Shown here piece after piece: positions 11,210 through 22,982 of a stretch of 64,000 nt of DNA. The notes beneath the pieces were generated by a model. That model did not search any database, had not been told where the DNA came from, and saw only the letters and a list, made by a program, of their open reading frames with translations. This DNA is from Selaginella moellendorffii. Its lineage: Eukaryota > Plantae > Lycopodiophyta. How positions within the stretch are numbered: position 1 is the first letter of the stretch; each line of letters opens with the position of its first letter. The stretch is taken from positions 57,402 to 121,401 of the forward strand of contig NW_003314294.1 in assembly GCF_000143415.4 (NCBI RefSeq), written 5' to 3'. Position numbers and translations under genes: made by a program.

Positions 11210-12494
11210 AAATCAGGTGGCTGCCTCAGTTCTGGCTTTTTAATTACGGGTCTTCTAATCTTCACGTGTTCAAGCTCGGCCTGCTCAATACGGATCAACT
11301 ATGGGAAACTTCTCTCAAGTCGCCGATTTTACCTCTGAGGTTCGAAGTGAGGATCGTCTTTTAATTTTGTCAAAGTTTTGCTGCACTTGCTCTCGAGAAT
11401 TTTCGAGAATCGGTGCTAATACCAGAGCTGCAGATACCAGGTTATACACAGGATTCTTATACACTGATGAACCAACCAGCATTATCAAGAGCCTGTTGAG
11501 CCGGCATGCCAATCACGTCTTCTATTCGGGTATTCTGCTCAGCTTCTTTGAGATCCTTTGCGCTGTTTGGACCTGTTGCTGATGACAAACTTTCCAGCGA
11601 GCGTTCCAAAGTGGTTAGAAAGACATCGCCGTATGAATCAGGATTTTGCTCGAGGGACCCTTCTAGACTGCTTGTGCTGAAGCCATCAACTTTCGTCAGG
11701 TTGGAGGTCTGTGATTTGGTCTTTTAATTTCGTACACCATGATCTATGCTTACTACNNNNNNNNNNNNNNNNNNNNNNNNNNNNNNNNNNNNNNNNNNNN
11801 NNNNNNNNNNNNNNNNNNNNNNNNNNNNNNNNNNNNNNNNNNNNNNNNNNNNNNNNAGTTTCTCTTCGAGGTGACTTTGAAGCTTGCAGCATTGATTTTG
11901 CGATATGTTCAAGAACATCAACGACTTGGGGAGTTCCAGATCTGAAGAAGCACATGAACAAAAGGTTTCGGAGTAGAAAGCCCGCTCACCTGGATCAACG
12001 TGGCTGATAGAATTGTTGGAGGCGTCAAGGAAAGCGAGCTTTGGCAGTGATTGCAGACCTTGCAAACTGGTAAGGTGGTTCCCAGAAACGGTGAGGAATT
12101 GCAGGTGCTTGGCGGCTTCTATGCCATTCAAGGTTGTGAGCTCGTTCTTCAGTAAAACAGGTCAGGTTATTTCAGAAGGATGGACAGATAGTGGACTACT
12201 ACCTCTTGGAGATATAGGCTGGTTAGATTTCGTAGGCACAGGAAGAAGGCAGGCTCTAGTAACAGGATGTGCTCACGGTCAAGACGAACGTGTGTTAGTC
12301 CTTTCAAGGCTTCTTCTCTGGTTGGACAGCAGTGAGTTTTCAGAGCCCGAGCTAGCCAAGGTAACTCACATTGCGTGTGCGGATGCTACGTCCAAGAACT
12401 GGGATGGGAGGTTCCTTTCGGCAACCATGGCAGCCCAAAGAGCCATTGCTTCTCTTCGAAGATGAAGCTCTTCCTGCCAGTCTCGTTCTTCCAT
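11206..12494 (-). CDS. LRRC46-like leucine-rich repeat protein, multi-exon, interrupted by a gap
   Basis: Spliced translation MVAERNLP...[11 protein letters not shown]...[58 protein letters not shown]...[15 protein letters not shown] follows the recalled LRRC46 pattern (RNL...LqtVRLDRe.I...LhSLYLQ.N...fPqSLliLNlsgN.C). The 3' exon structure is inferred. Confidence 0.7.
11757..11856. other. assembly gap (N run)
   Basis: 100 N. Confidence 1.
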
Positions 12495-12710
12495 GGTCCG
12501 TGCCGTCTCTGTGCTTCGAATTTGAAACTTAACCGCGAAAGGTGAAATCGCCGGCTGTTCGGCCGACGGTTTCGACGGTTGTTTGTCAGGTAAAGAATGT
12601 ATGTTTTTTACTTCTCAAAAGTGTCTATACAGGCCGAAGGACGCCGGAGCATTGCTAAACGCAACTTGGTCTCGATGATGATGGGAGGAGCTATTGCGAA
12701 CTCAGGTATG

Positions 12711-15700
12711 TCATCGTTCTTCGGGCTTGTTCTTATCACTCCTCCGGCTGGCTGCTTGTTCCTTTGTTCGATGCATCATATCTTCTCCACTCCCAGCTGC
12801 GTTTTCAAGCTTCGAAAGAACCGCGTCCTTAGCTGACTGAATGAAGCTCTTACTCCGCTCCTGCCTGTCGTGAACAGTCGCCTGGACGTTCTCTCGAGTG
12901 TCGTTGATGTACTGCTTTGTTGCGTTCCATGCATCCGCTGTGCCTTGAGAAGCCTCATCCTTTTGCTGCCTTAGCATCTGTCCTGCGTTGTACGCTGCTT
13001 GTTCTATTTTCGCGAGCCCAGACTGTAGAAGTCCCCGCTGGTCTTCGGCTTTCTCTTTAGATTCGTTGGCTGTTTCTGTTGCTCTGTGACGAGCATCATC
13101 AGCTACTTGTCTGTGCTGGTGCGCCCTGTCGTGTGTACTTCCCAGCATGTCCTCGGCTTTGAGCTTTCCTTTCTCTCTTGTTTCCTCAAGCTTTTCCTTG
13201 GAGACTTGAACTGTTTCTTTTGCCTTGCCAAATATGTCTTCGGCTTTGAGCTTTCCCTTCTCACGCAGCTCCTCGTCCGCGCGTCTGGTGTTTTCACTCT
13301 TTTCGTATGTATTCTCTCTCGCTTTGCCGAGCATGCCCTCTGCTTTCAGTTTTCCCCGCTCCCGAATTTCTTCGTCTTTGCGTCTGGTTTCCTCACTTAT
13401 CTCGCTGCTTTTTTCTCTTGACTTGCCAAACATGTCTTCTGCCTTTAGCTTCCCTCGCTCTCGTAGCTCTTGGTCGCTTTGAGCTCTTTCTGCAGTCTGT
13501 AAGGTTATTAGAGAGTGATTCGATCAAACTGTCGACTGTTTTACCCAATCTTTCACAGCTTGCAACAGTCCCTTGTCCTTGACCTCCTCAGCGGCGTCAT
13601 CTGCCGTGTCATAAACACCTTTTCCTGCCTTTCTGATTCGATCAGATGCCTCATCGCTGCTAATGTTTATCCTCGTTTTGAGATCGTCCAGCGCTTCTTC
13701 AGACTTGGCTTTGGCCTGTGATATCTTTTCTTGTACGAAGCCTTTTCCTTGCTCCGCCCGGGCTTGTGCTTCATGCTTAGCTCTATCAGCGGTCTCTTGA
13801 CTGGTCTTTTTCGTCTCGTGCCACCTCCCCTCGGACCTGTCAGCAGCGTCTTGGCCTTTCGTCTTAGCCTCCTCGACGACGTCTTTTACTCCACCTGCAA
13901 ACTTTTGAGCCTGTTACAACGTTTTTTCTTTTAGTTATGAAGTTTACCTCTCGTGCTGTCGCTCGTTTCTCTGGACCTCTCTTTTGTTTGATCTGCAGCC
14001 TCATGACCTTTATCTCTGAGTTCTCGTCCTTGGTCGGACTCTCCCGTCACGAATGCTGCTACTGATTGTGCCATGGACTGAATGAAGCCTTTCTCTTCGT
14101 AAGCTTTATCTCTTGCTTGATTAGCAAACTGCCGTCCTTTGTGTTGAACCTCATCCAAAGTTTCTCGACCTTTTTGCTTGGCTTCATTGGATGTGCTTTT
14201 TGTTCTCTCTTGCATTTCTCGTCCCTTATCTGATTCACGAGTTCGTTACAGACTTCATGAAGCCTTTGTTATGAACTTTACCTTTCGCCGCGTCTGCTGT
14301 CTCTTGTCCTCTCCCTTTTACGTCTTGAGATTTTGGTTTGGACTGGTCAGCAAATTGTCGAGCTTTGTCTCCAGCTCGCTCTGTATCAGCTTGATCAGCA
14401 ACTTGCTGTCCTTTGTGCCGAGCTTCATCTGAAGCTTCCCGGCCCCTTTGCTTTACTTCTTCGGCTGTGCTTCTGGTTCTGTCTTGCATTTCCCGCCCCT
14501 TATCTGATTCACCCGTGACGAATGAAGTGACCGAGTCTGTTATCGATTGCATGAATCCCTTTTCCTCTTGCGCTTTACCTTTCGCTGCATCAGCCATCCC
14601 TTGTCCTCTCTCTTTCACTTCTTGAGATTTTTGTTTTGACTGGTCTGCGAATTCTCGGCCTTTGTCCCGAGTTTCAGCGGCATGGTGTTCTGACTTTCCT
14701 CTTGCTTGATCAGCGACTTGATTTCCTTTTTGTCTAGCCTCATCCGAAGTTTCTCGGCCTTTTCGCTTGACTTCATCAGCTGTGCTTCTCGCTTTGTCTT
14801 GCATCTCTCGCCCCTCGTCTGATTCACCGGTGACGAATGCCGTGACTGAGTCTGTTATTGACTGCATGAATCCCTTCTCCTCTTGCGCTTTACGTCTCGT
14901 TGCATCAGACATCTCTTGTCCTCGCTCTTTCACGTCTTGAGTTTTTTGCTTGGACTGGTCAGCAAATTGTCGACCTTTGTCCCGAGCCTCAGCAGCGTGG
15001 TGTTCCGACTTTCCTCTTGCTTGATCGACAACATGCTCTCCTTTTTCTCGAGCCTCATTCGAAGTTTCTCGGCCTTTTTGCTTGGCTTCATCGGCTGTGC
15101 TTCTCGTTTTCTCTTGCATTTCTCGTCCTTTGTCTGATTCTCCAGAGACAAGCACGGTCCGTTATTGCATAAATCCCTTCTCTTGTCTAGCCTCACCTTT
15201 TGCTGCATCAGCCATATCTTGTCCTCTCTCTTTTACGTCTTGAGATTTTTGTTTCGACTGATTGGCGAACTGCTGGCCCTTTCGTTGAGCTTCACCCGAG
15301 GTCTCGTGAGCCTTCTGCTTTGTTTCATCAACTTTTCCCCTGGTTTTCTCCTGGATCTCTCGTCCCTTGTCTGGTTCACCCGTGACAAACGCAGTGACCG
15401 AGTCGGTTATGGACTGCATGAATCCCCTCTCCTCTTGAGCTTTACCTCTCGTCGCATCAGCCATCTCGTGAGACTTTTGTTTGGTCTCGTCGGCTTTCTC
15501 CCTCGTTTTATCGGCAGCCTGCTTGCTTTTCTCCCGAGCATCGTGGGACGTTGTATCGGCCGTGTCTTTCATTCTATCCCGGATCTCCCGTCCTTCCTCT
15601 GATTCACCCGAAAGAAGCGAGCTTGCTGAGTCTGTGATGGACTGCAAAAAACCTTTTTCTTCATATACTTGATCACTGGCTGTACCTTGTCCTCTCTCCT

Positions 15701-17527
15701 TCGTTTCTTGCATTTTATTTCTTGCATCGTGAGCTACCTGTCGTCCCTTGTTGCTCGTGTCGTCGGCTTTTTCCCTCGCCTGATCACCAAACTCTTGGCC
15801 TTTCTCCCGAGCTGCCTGCGATGTTCTATCAGCGGTGTCCTTCATTCTGTCCCGGATCGCCCGTCCTTCCTCTGATTCACCCGAAAGAAACGCAGTTGCT
15901 GAGTCTGTGATGGACTGCAAAAAACCTTTCTCTTCGTGAACTTGATCACTGGCTGTACCTTGTCCTCTCTCTTTCATGTCTTGCATTTTATCCCGTGCAT
16001 CGTGAGCTACAAGTCGGCCTTTGTTGCTAACCTCGTCCGCTTTCTGCCTCACTTGATCGCCATACTCTTGGCCTTTCTGTGACACTCCACTCGCAGTGTC
16101 TTGGGCTTTTTGCTTCGTTTCGTCGATAGTGCTTCTGGTTTTGCCTCTAAACTCCCGTCCTTGTTCGGATTCACCCGTCACAAATCCAGCTACAGAATCT
16201 GCCACGGATTGGAGGAAACCTTTGCCTTCGTTCCCTTTCTCTCTCGCTTCATCCGCAACCTGACGTCCTGTGCGTCTTGCTTCGTCCGCGTGACTGCCAA
16301 CTTTCTCTTTCGTTTGATCCAGTACTTGCTCGCCTTTTTTCTTTGTTTCGAGAGAAGCCTCTCTAGCATCTTTGGACGTTTGATCCACGGCTTGCTGACC
16401 TCTGTGCTTTGCCTCGTGAGAAGTCTCCTTTGCGTTGTCTGTGGCATCTCTTGACAGTTGCTTGTTTCCTTCCACTGCTTGCTGGCCTTTGTTCTTGGTT
16501 TCGTGAGAAGTCTCTTTCGTTTTCCCCGCAGCGTCTCCTGCGACTTGCTTGCCTCGCTCAGCAGCGTCTTCGTGTCCTATGCTTCCTCCCTCGGGTTTTG
16601 ACGTAGCCGACGAGATCGCCTCGGCTGCTTTGTCATACGCTGCCAGGAGAAATCCTCGCTGAAACCAGCCTTCTCCTTCTCCGCCCCGTCTCTCCTCGGC
16701 TTCCCGTGCTGCCTGGTGTGCCGCTGCCGCTTGCTCGCTGGCCTTGTTTTTCGTGCTCTCGTAAGCACTTTTGGCTCGCTCTTGTCCCTCTCCAATCCTC
16801 TCTTGCGCGGCCACCTTTTGCTCGCCGGCTTTGTTCTTTGCATTCTCGTAAGCGTTGCTGGCTCGCTCTTGTCCCTCCCCAATGCTCTCCTGCGCCGCCA
16901 CCTTCTTCTCGCTAGCCTTGATCTTTGCATTCTCGTAGAGATTCCTGGCTCGCTCTTGTCCCTCCCCGATAGTTTCCTGTGCTGCTACCTTTTGCTCGTT
17001 GGCCTTGCTCTTGACGTTCTCGTATGCTGACTTTGTTTTCTCTTTGGCTCCAGAGTAGCTCTCCTGTGCGTCGTCCTTTGCTATCCCGAGAGCTGCTCCA
17101 AGGCCCTGGCTCAGAGCTTGAGCTGCCTCTCTCGCTTTCGCTAGGCTGTAACGACGACACAACTTACACAGTGTAAGCAAACGCTTGAGCTCTCTTCGCT
17201 ACTTTCCAAACTCAAAGAATGAATCTATGATCAAGCAGGCAAACTTCTCGAGATCGAGCAACACGGTCCAAGGAAAAGAATTTGATCAAGAAAAGATACG
17301 CAGTGTAAGCAAACGCTTGATACCTATACTTGCAAACTCTAAGGATGCATCTCATCGCAGGATGATCAAGCAGGCAAACTTTTATAGAGGGAGCAACGCG
17401 ATCCAAGGAAAAGAATTTGATCGAGAAAAGAGAAGATTTACCCCTCACTTCCAGCGTTCTTGGCGTCTCCAAAATGCTGCCGCGGGTCTCGATCTTTACT
17501 GCGATGTTCTCGGTCGTCCTCCGCCAT
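12711..17527 (-). CDS. giant LEA (group 3/LEA_4-like) hydrophilic repeat gene; open for about 689 aa, then disrupted (possible pseudogene)
   Basis: Exon 1 17527-17442 (MAEDDREHR...), intron, exon 2 from 17145. A/K/E/Q/D/R-rich 11-mer repeats. In-frame TAA at 15162-15164, frameshift near 14240 and further lesions at about 13930-13790; the repeat-type frame continues to 12711. Confidence 0.8.
17169..17430. repeat. tandem duplication of about 133 bp inside LEA intron 1
   Basis: cagtgtaagcaaacgcttga and tgatcaagcaggcaaactt...caaggaaaagaatttgatc each occur twice. Confidence 0.8.
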
Positions 17528-17554
17528 GCTTGTTCGTTCGTTTTCTTCCCTCTT

Positions 17555-17680
17555 CTTTTTTATACTCTCCAGGGGATGAAATTCTCCTCGAGTCACGACT
17601 GTTTGTCATGCGTGGCCTCCACGTCAACTTTTAATCAACACGTGTACTTCGTTTTTACGCGTGGCTTCCACGTGGACAGT
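17555..17680. promoter_or_regulatory. ABRE/G-box-rich promoter with TATA, shared by the LEA gene and a divergent PPR
   Basis: TATAAAA on the minus strand near 17560; ccacgtca 17619, acacgtg 17638, acgcgtgg 17657, ccacgtgg 17668. Confidence 0.6.
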
Positions 17681-17698
17681 TAGGGCAAATGCTCTTGA

Positions 17699-20017
17699 AT
17701 GCTCGGGAAGGCGGGGAAGGCGCTGCCGCGATCGTCGGTGTATGGTGTGTCGGGATTCTTCCGTTTCGCGTCCGATCTAGCGGCTTTCGATCCAGACAAG
17801 CGCATAATCGCGAGCGCCGGCCTGCGAGAAGCGCTAGATCACATCGGCGCCCGTGGCGACGAGCTCGACAGCGCCTACGCTGCTTTCCTCCGGAAATGTG
17901 GTGAATCCGCGGATGCGAAGCTCATCCACGATCACGCGAAAGCCAGCGGCCGTGACAGGGGGACGTTTCTTGGGAATGTCTTAGTCCAGGTCTATGGGAG
18001 GTGTGGCGATTTGGCAGCGGCGCAGGCAGCGTTTGCGAGAATCTGGCACAAGAATGTCTACTCGTGGAACATCGCCATCGCGGCATTTGCCAACAACGGG
18101 CATTTCGAGGACGCGGTGGCGATGTTCTACGAGATGGATGCGCAGCCAAACAGGGTCACATTCCTCGCAGTTCTTGGGGCGTGCTCCAATCTGCGAGACC
18201 TGGAAGAGGCCAAGAGGATCCACTCGCACGTCACGCATCATCGCCAAAACGCCGTGGATGAGGATGTGGTACTTTGCAATGCTCTCATCCACACGTATGG
18301 GAAGTGTGGGAGCGCCGAGGATGGCAAGGCGGTGTTTGACAGGATGTGGAGGAGGGACGTCGTGTCTTGGACATCGATGATCGGCTGCTACGCTCAGGAC
18401 GAGCGGTATGGAGCTCAAGCGCTAGAGCTCTTCCACAGGATGGACGTGAGGCCGACAGAGATAACTTTCGTGAGCGCGCTGGATGCGTGCTCTTCGCTGG
18501 GGGATATCGAAGAAGGAAGGAGGATTCACGCTGGGATCATAGCTGCCGGGTTCCAGTCACAGGTTTTCGCTGGAAAAACTCTGGGGAACGCGCTGGTTAA
18601 CATGTATGGGAAGTGTGGGAGCCTGGAGGATGCTCGAGCGGTGTTCGATAGAATGGAGCACAGGGACTTGGCTGGATGGAATGCCATGATTGGAGCTTAC
18701 GCTCAGCATGGATATGGTGGTGGAGCTGTTCATACATTCCATCTCATGGACCTGGATGGAGTGAAGGCCAACAACATCACTTTTACGTCGCTCCTGACCG
18801 GTTGTTCGGGAAAAGAGATGCTTTCGGTGGGATCCGATCTCCAGGATCGTGTGCTAGCTTGCGGCATCGAGGCAGACATCATATTGCAAAACACTTTCAT
18901 CACTGCGTATAGCAAGTGTGGAAGTTTGGAGGCTGCCCGGCGAGCCTTCGACACAATGCCGAGAAGAAACACCCCGTCTTGGAACGCCATCATCGGGGCG
19001 TGCGTCCAGCACGGGCAAATGGACGGGGCTCTCCGCTACTTCCATCGCATGGACGTGCAGCAGGACGAGGTAACTTTCATCAATGCTCTTGGAGCTTGCT
19101 GTGACGCTGAATCTCTGGCAGAGGGAGCAGCCATTCACGGGCGAGTCCTTACCGGGGGATTCGAGCAGGACCCGGTCGTGGGCTCGGCTCTCGTGAACAT
19201 GTACAGCAAATGCGGTAGCGTGGAGAGCGCAAGGTCCGTCTTTGATCGACTCGCCTGGAAGACGGTCGTCTCGTGGACAGCGATGATAGAGGCATACGTG
19301 CAGCTTGGCCACGGAAGGGAGGCTTTGAAGCTGTTCCAGCGGATGGAGCTAGAGGGCTGCAAGGCCAACGACATAACCTTCATCAACGTCCTCGGAGCCT
19401 GCACTGCCGCTGGGGACTTCTTGCAGGGGAAGGCAATCCAATCGCGAGTTGTGGCTTCCGACGTGATACTGGTGGCACTCGTCAACCTCTACGGAAAGTG
19501 TGGGAAGTTTGGAGCAGCTCGGGAGCTGTTTGACAGGATGAAGCTCAAGCCGGTGGTTGCATGGAACGCGATGCTCTCGGCCTACTCTCAGCAGGGACAG
19601 GGGGTGGAGACACTGTCACTGTTCCATAGCATGATCCTGGATGGCGTTGAACCGAACAGCGTCACTTTTATGAGCCTCTTCCCCGGATGCAGTCACGAGG
19701 GGCTCGTGGACAGATCCTGGGACTACTTCCGGTCCATGAGCTTCGACCACGGAGTCACGCCAACGCCGGAGGTTTACGGGGCGATGGTCGATCTTCTGGC
19801 ACGCCAAGGTGACCTGGACGATTCAGAGGACTTGATCAACAACATGCCATTTCATGCCGATGTCGTGGCATGGACAGCACTTCTCGGCGCCTGTAAGACT
19901 TGTTTCGACGCCGAGCGTGGAGTCCGAGTTGCAACTAGTGCCATGGAGCTGGATCAAGTGGTGCCCGCCCCGTACTCGCTTCTCACAAGTATCTTCTCGG
20001 GCGACGCGGACGAGTGA
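17699..20017 (+). CDS. PLS-class PPR protein (P-L-S triplets, E domain, no DYW)
   Basis: 772-aa intronless ORF with repeated NALVNMYGKCGSLEDAR.VF / VVSWTAMI / TF..LGAC; ends YGAMVDLLAR...W.ALLGAC. Confidence 0.93.
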   Translation: MLGKAGKALPRSSVYGVSGFFRFASDLAAFDPDKRIIASAGLREALDHIGARGDELDSAYAAFLRKCGESADAKLIHDHAKASGRDRGTFLGNVLVQVYGRCGDLAAAQAAFARIWHKNVYSWNIAIAAFANNGHFEDAVAMFYEMDAQPNRVTFLAVLGACSNLRDLEEAKRIHSHVTHHRQNAVDEDVVLCNALIHTYGKCGSAEDGKAVFDRMWRRDVVSWTSMIGCYAQDERYGAQALELFHRMDVRPTEITFVSALDACSSLGDIEEGRRIHAGIIAAGFQSQVFAGKTLGNALVNMYGKCGSLEDARAVFDRMEHRDLAGWNAMIGAYAQHGYGGGAVHTFHLMDLDGVKANNITFTSLLTGCSGKEMLSVGSDLQDRVLACGIEADIILQNTFITAYSKCGSLEAARRAFDTMPRRNTPSWNAIIGACVQHGQMDGALRYFHRMDVQQDEVTFINALGACCDAESLAEGAAIHGRVLTGGFEQDPVVGSALVNMYSKCGSVESARSVFDRLAWKTVVSWTAMIEAYVQLGHGREALKLFQRMELEGCKANDITFINVLGACTAAGDFLQGKAIQSRVVASDVILVALVNLYGKCGKFGAARELFDRMKLKPVVAWNAMLSAYSQQGQGVETLSLFHSMILDGVEPNSVTFMSLFPGCSHEGLVDRSWDYFRSMSFDHGVTPTPEVYGAMVDLLARQGDLDDSEDLINNMPFHADVVAWTALLGACKTCFDAERGVRVATSAMELDQVVPAPYSLLTSIFSGDADE

Positions 20018-20642
20018 GCGCCAGTGGTTGAAAGTCAAGGCAAGCCTAAGATCTTTCAGTACTGTGCTGATAACTTTGTCGGCTATCTACAGGAAAATAC
20101 TTCGTCAGCACAGCACTTAGTCGGCCTTACGTCTAATCGTTAAGTCTTTCCATTTGATAAAGGTAAGAGGGATTTCTCTCTTTCTTCACCTTCCCTTCCA
20201 ATCTTTGTAACTAGTGTTTCAGGTACCACGGACTGGAAGTGGCTGGAAGCTTCATTTGGGGTATGTGTCAACAGTGCCTGTTAAATCTTTTCTGGACCCG
20301 CCTTTGCAATAACACGTTGAGTGCCGGTCGGGCATTGCTTTCATGGATCCTGAGATGGAACGGTTGGACACGCCACAGTACGAAATGAAGGATAACTTCT
20401 TTATGGTCGGCCTCTGCTCGAGTACGTAAAATTACAAACACATTTTCTTCATCTTGCTCACGGTTTTCTTTCTGTTTTTATTCGTGCTTAGGAAATCCAT
20501 CTTGCTCGTGACTCTTCGATTGCATTTCTACAAACAACTTTTGTTTGTACTTCATGGTAGTACTTTGTCTTCCTCCTGTAATGCATGATCTACTGACACC
20601 CCCTCACCTTTTATGTTGTTTTTCGGGCACTGCAAATCTTGC

Positions 20643-21931
20643 CTAGATGCTCTTGAGGAGCAGAGCCTCAACCGTGAGACCGGGGCCGAAACCGAGCATC
20701 ACACCCCACTTCAATCCGTCCCCGGTGGTATCCTTGTTGAGCTCCACGGACCGCTTCCTCATCTGGTCGAGAACAAAGAGAACAGAGGCGCTCGACATGT
20801 TTCCATACTGTGCTAGCACGTCGCGAGTGGCCTGCATCCGGTCCTTGTCGAGCTTGAGCTTGGCCTCTACCTGATCGAGAATCGCGGGACCTCCGGGATG
20901 GACCACCCAGAACAAGTCAGTGTAGGCCGGGCTCGCCTCGTCCACGCTCTTGACATAGTCGAGAGGCTCTGCCAGCAGCTTCTCGATGTTCTTGGAGATG
21001 ATGCCGGGGACGTCCTTGAGGAGGTGGAAGACGAGGCCGGCCTCGCGCAGGTGTCCCAGAATTGCTCCATCACTGTCGGGAAGAACGCATTGTCCGCTCC
21101 AGTGGACTTCAAACAGTGGCTTCTCGACGGGAGTGGGATTGGAGCCGATGATGAGAGCCGCGGCACCATCGCCAAACAGAGCCGCGCCGACCAGTCCGTC
21201 GAGGTGCGTCTCGGACGGAGCCCGGAAGGTGACCGCCGTGACTTCGCTGCATGCAACGAGGACTCGAGCTCCGGGGTTGTTCTCGGCCAGATCCTTGGCG
21301 ACTCTGGTGACGGTGGCACCGGCGGAGCAGCCCTGCTGGTAGAGCATGATGCGCTTGACGTTCGGGCGGAGGCCGAGGAGCTTGAGGAGCTGGAAGTCGG
21401 CCCCAGGCATGTCGACCCCGCTGGTGGTGCCGAAGACCAAGTGCGTGATTTTCGACTTTGGCTGCCCCCACTCCTTGATCGCCTTGAGGGCCGCCTCCTT
21501 GGCCAGCTTTGGAACCTCCCGCACCGCGATGTTCTGCCTCACGTCCAGCGACGCCCCCATGTACGTGCACATCCCCGGGTTGGCCTTGAGGATCTCCTCG
21601 TCCAGGTAAAAATGTCTCTTTTTTATGCCTGACCTGTCACCTGCAATGCGCAGAAACGAAATCCAGGGACGACGTGATCAGAAGCGAGAAGCTTTGCTAC
21701 GAAGAAACGAGATTTTTCTACGTGAGCGGGGAATGCCGGGACCGGGCATCCGAGGGTGGAGGACTTACAGATGCGCTGGAACTTGCCCTTGAGCTCCACC
21801 TTGTCGTTGCAATTGGTGACGTTGAAGTAGAAGTCGGGGTACGTGCTCTGGTCGAACTCTTTTGGCGGAACCGCGGTGCCGACGGCCAGGACTGTGGCCT
21901 TTCCACTGCTCTGGAAATCCTGGATCGTCAT
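20643..21931 (-). CDS. CHS: chalcone synthase (type III PKS), basal-land-plant type
   Basis: [20 protein letters not shown]...FQRIC, a single intron at the conserved Cys codon, catalytic QQGC / HPGG / GNMSS, and the GFGPG signature. Confidence 0.95.
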
Positions 21932-22412
21932 GATCGTCTTTCCTGTTCGACCGAGTCGAGTTAGCGAGGAAAGAAGGAACGAACGAACGAACGAACCAGC
22001 AACGAAGAGCTCGCAAACTCTCGGAAGCAAGCAGCGCAGGCGCTAGAGCTTTGGTTTTTCTTCTTCCTTTTGGTTCTCAAGTTGTGAGTTTGAGAAGAGG
22101 AGAGAAAAGCGCACAAGAGGAAGAAAAAAACCACTGTGATCTTGCCGAGAGTAAACGACGCCTCTCTTTATAGCGACGAAACTATGTGTATCTCAGACAA
22201 GGGTGAGGATTATCGGCAAAGTTGGCTTTGTTACGCGATCAACGACTAACCAAAAGGAGATAGGTGAGACGGCATTTTCAAGCCTACTCGTAGGCATCTT
22301 GTCCACTGCTCGAGACTCTGGCGAAAACGAAACCCAAGCTAAAGAAACCTTGCTTGCTTTCCAAAGCAAATCCTCAACCTGTCAGTCAGCCAAAGGGTTG
22401 ACAAAATCCAAT

Positions 22413-22433
22413 CTCTCTCTCTCTCTCTCTCTC
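22413..22433. repeat. (CT)n microsatellite
   Basis: ctctctctct... run. Confidence 0.9.
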
Positions 22434-22982
22434 GGGAAAAATGGTGTTTGGCAGAGAGCCAAGCCCATGCGATTCTCACTTTTTGCGTGTTCGCGGTCCA
22501 TAAAAGCGCCCAGGCCCCCACTTTGTGTTGCAAAAGGCCGCTTGTCACTCCCGGAGGGCCTGCCTTGAGCTCCCTTCCTTCCCCGCTCGCCGCCAGTGAC
22601 GCACGTAAGTATGTGAGCAAGAGCGAAAGCGCACTGCTTCGACGCGGACGCTTGTGGCTCGCAGAGTTTCTATTCGCGCTTGCGCTGGTGTGTCTCGCGC
22701 TGGATCAGCTGAGGAGCGAGTGAAACAGAGGAAAGCAACGTATCCGACTTTGCTAGCACTGAAGGTGGAACCTCTCCTCCGGACGATCCAGAAGGGAGAG
22801 AGAGAGAGAGATTCAAGAGCTTGACTTGCAGAGGTGACCCGCTCACTCACATGACACTTTGACTGGAGGGATAAATCACAACAACAGTGGCATGGAAACT
22901 TCTGTGCTTCAAATCCTGGACAAAAGAACAAGCCTTTGAGAAGGATAGGAGAACGGAAAGAAGGAAAGTCCCGAACAAGTAT

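Noticed and set aside
20150-20270. Possible extra exon downstream of the PPR
   Set aside because: GT/AG signals are present but no recognisable protein (not DYW); may be a spliced 3' UTR.
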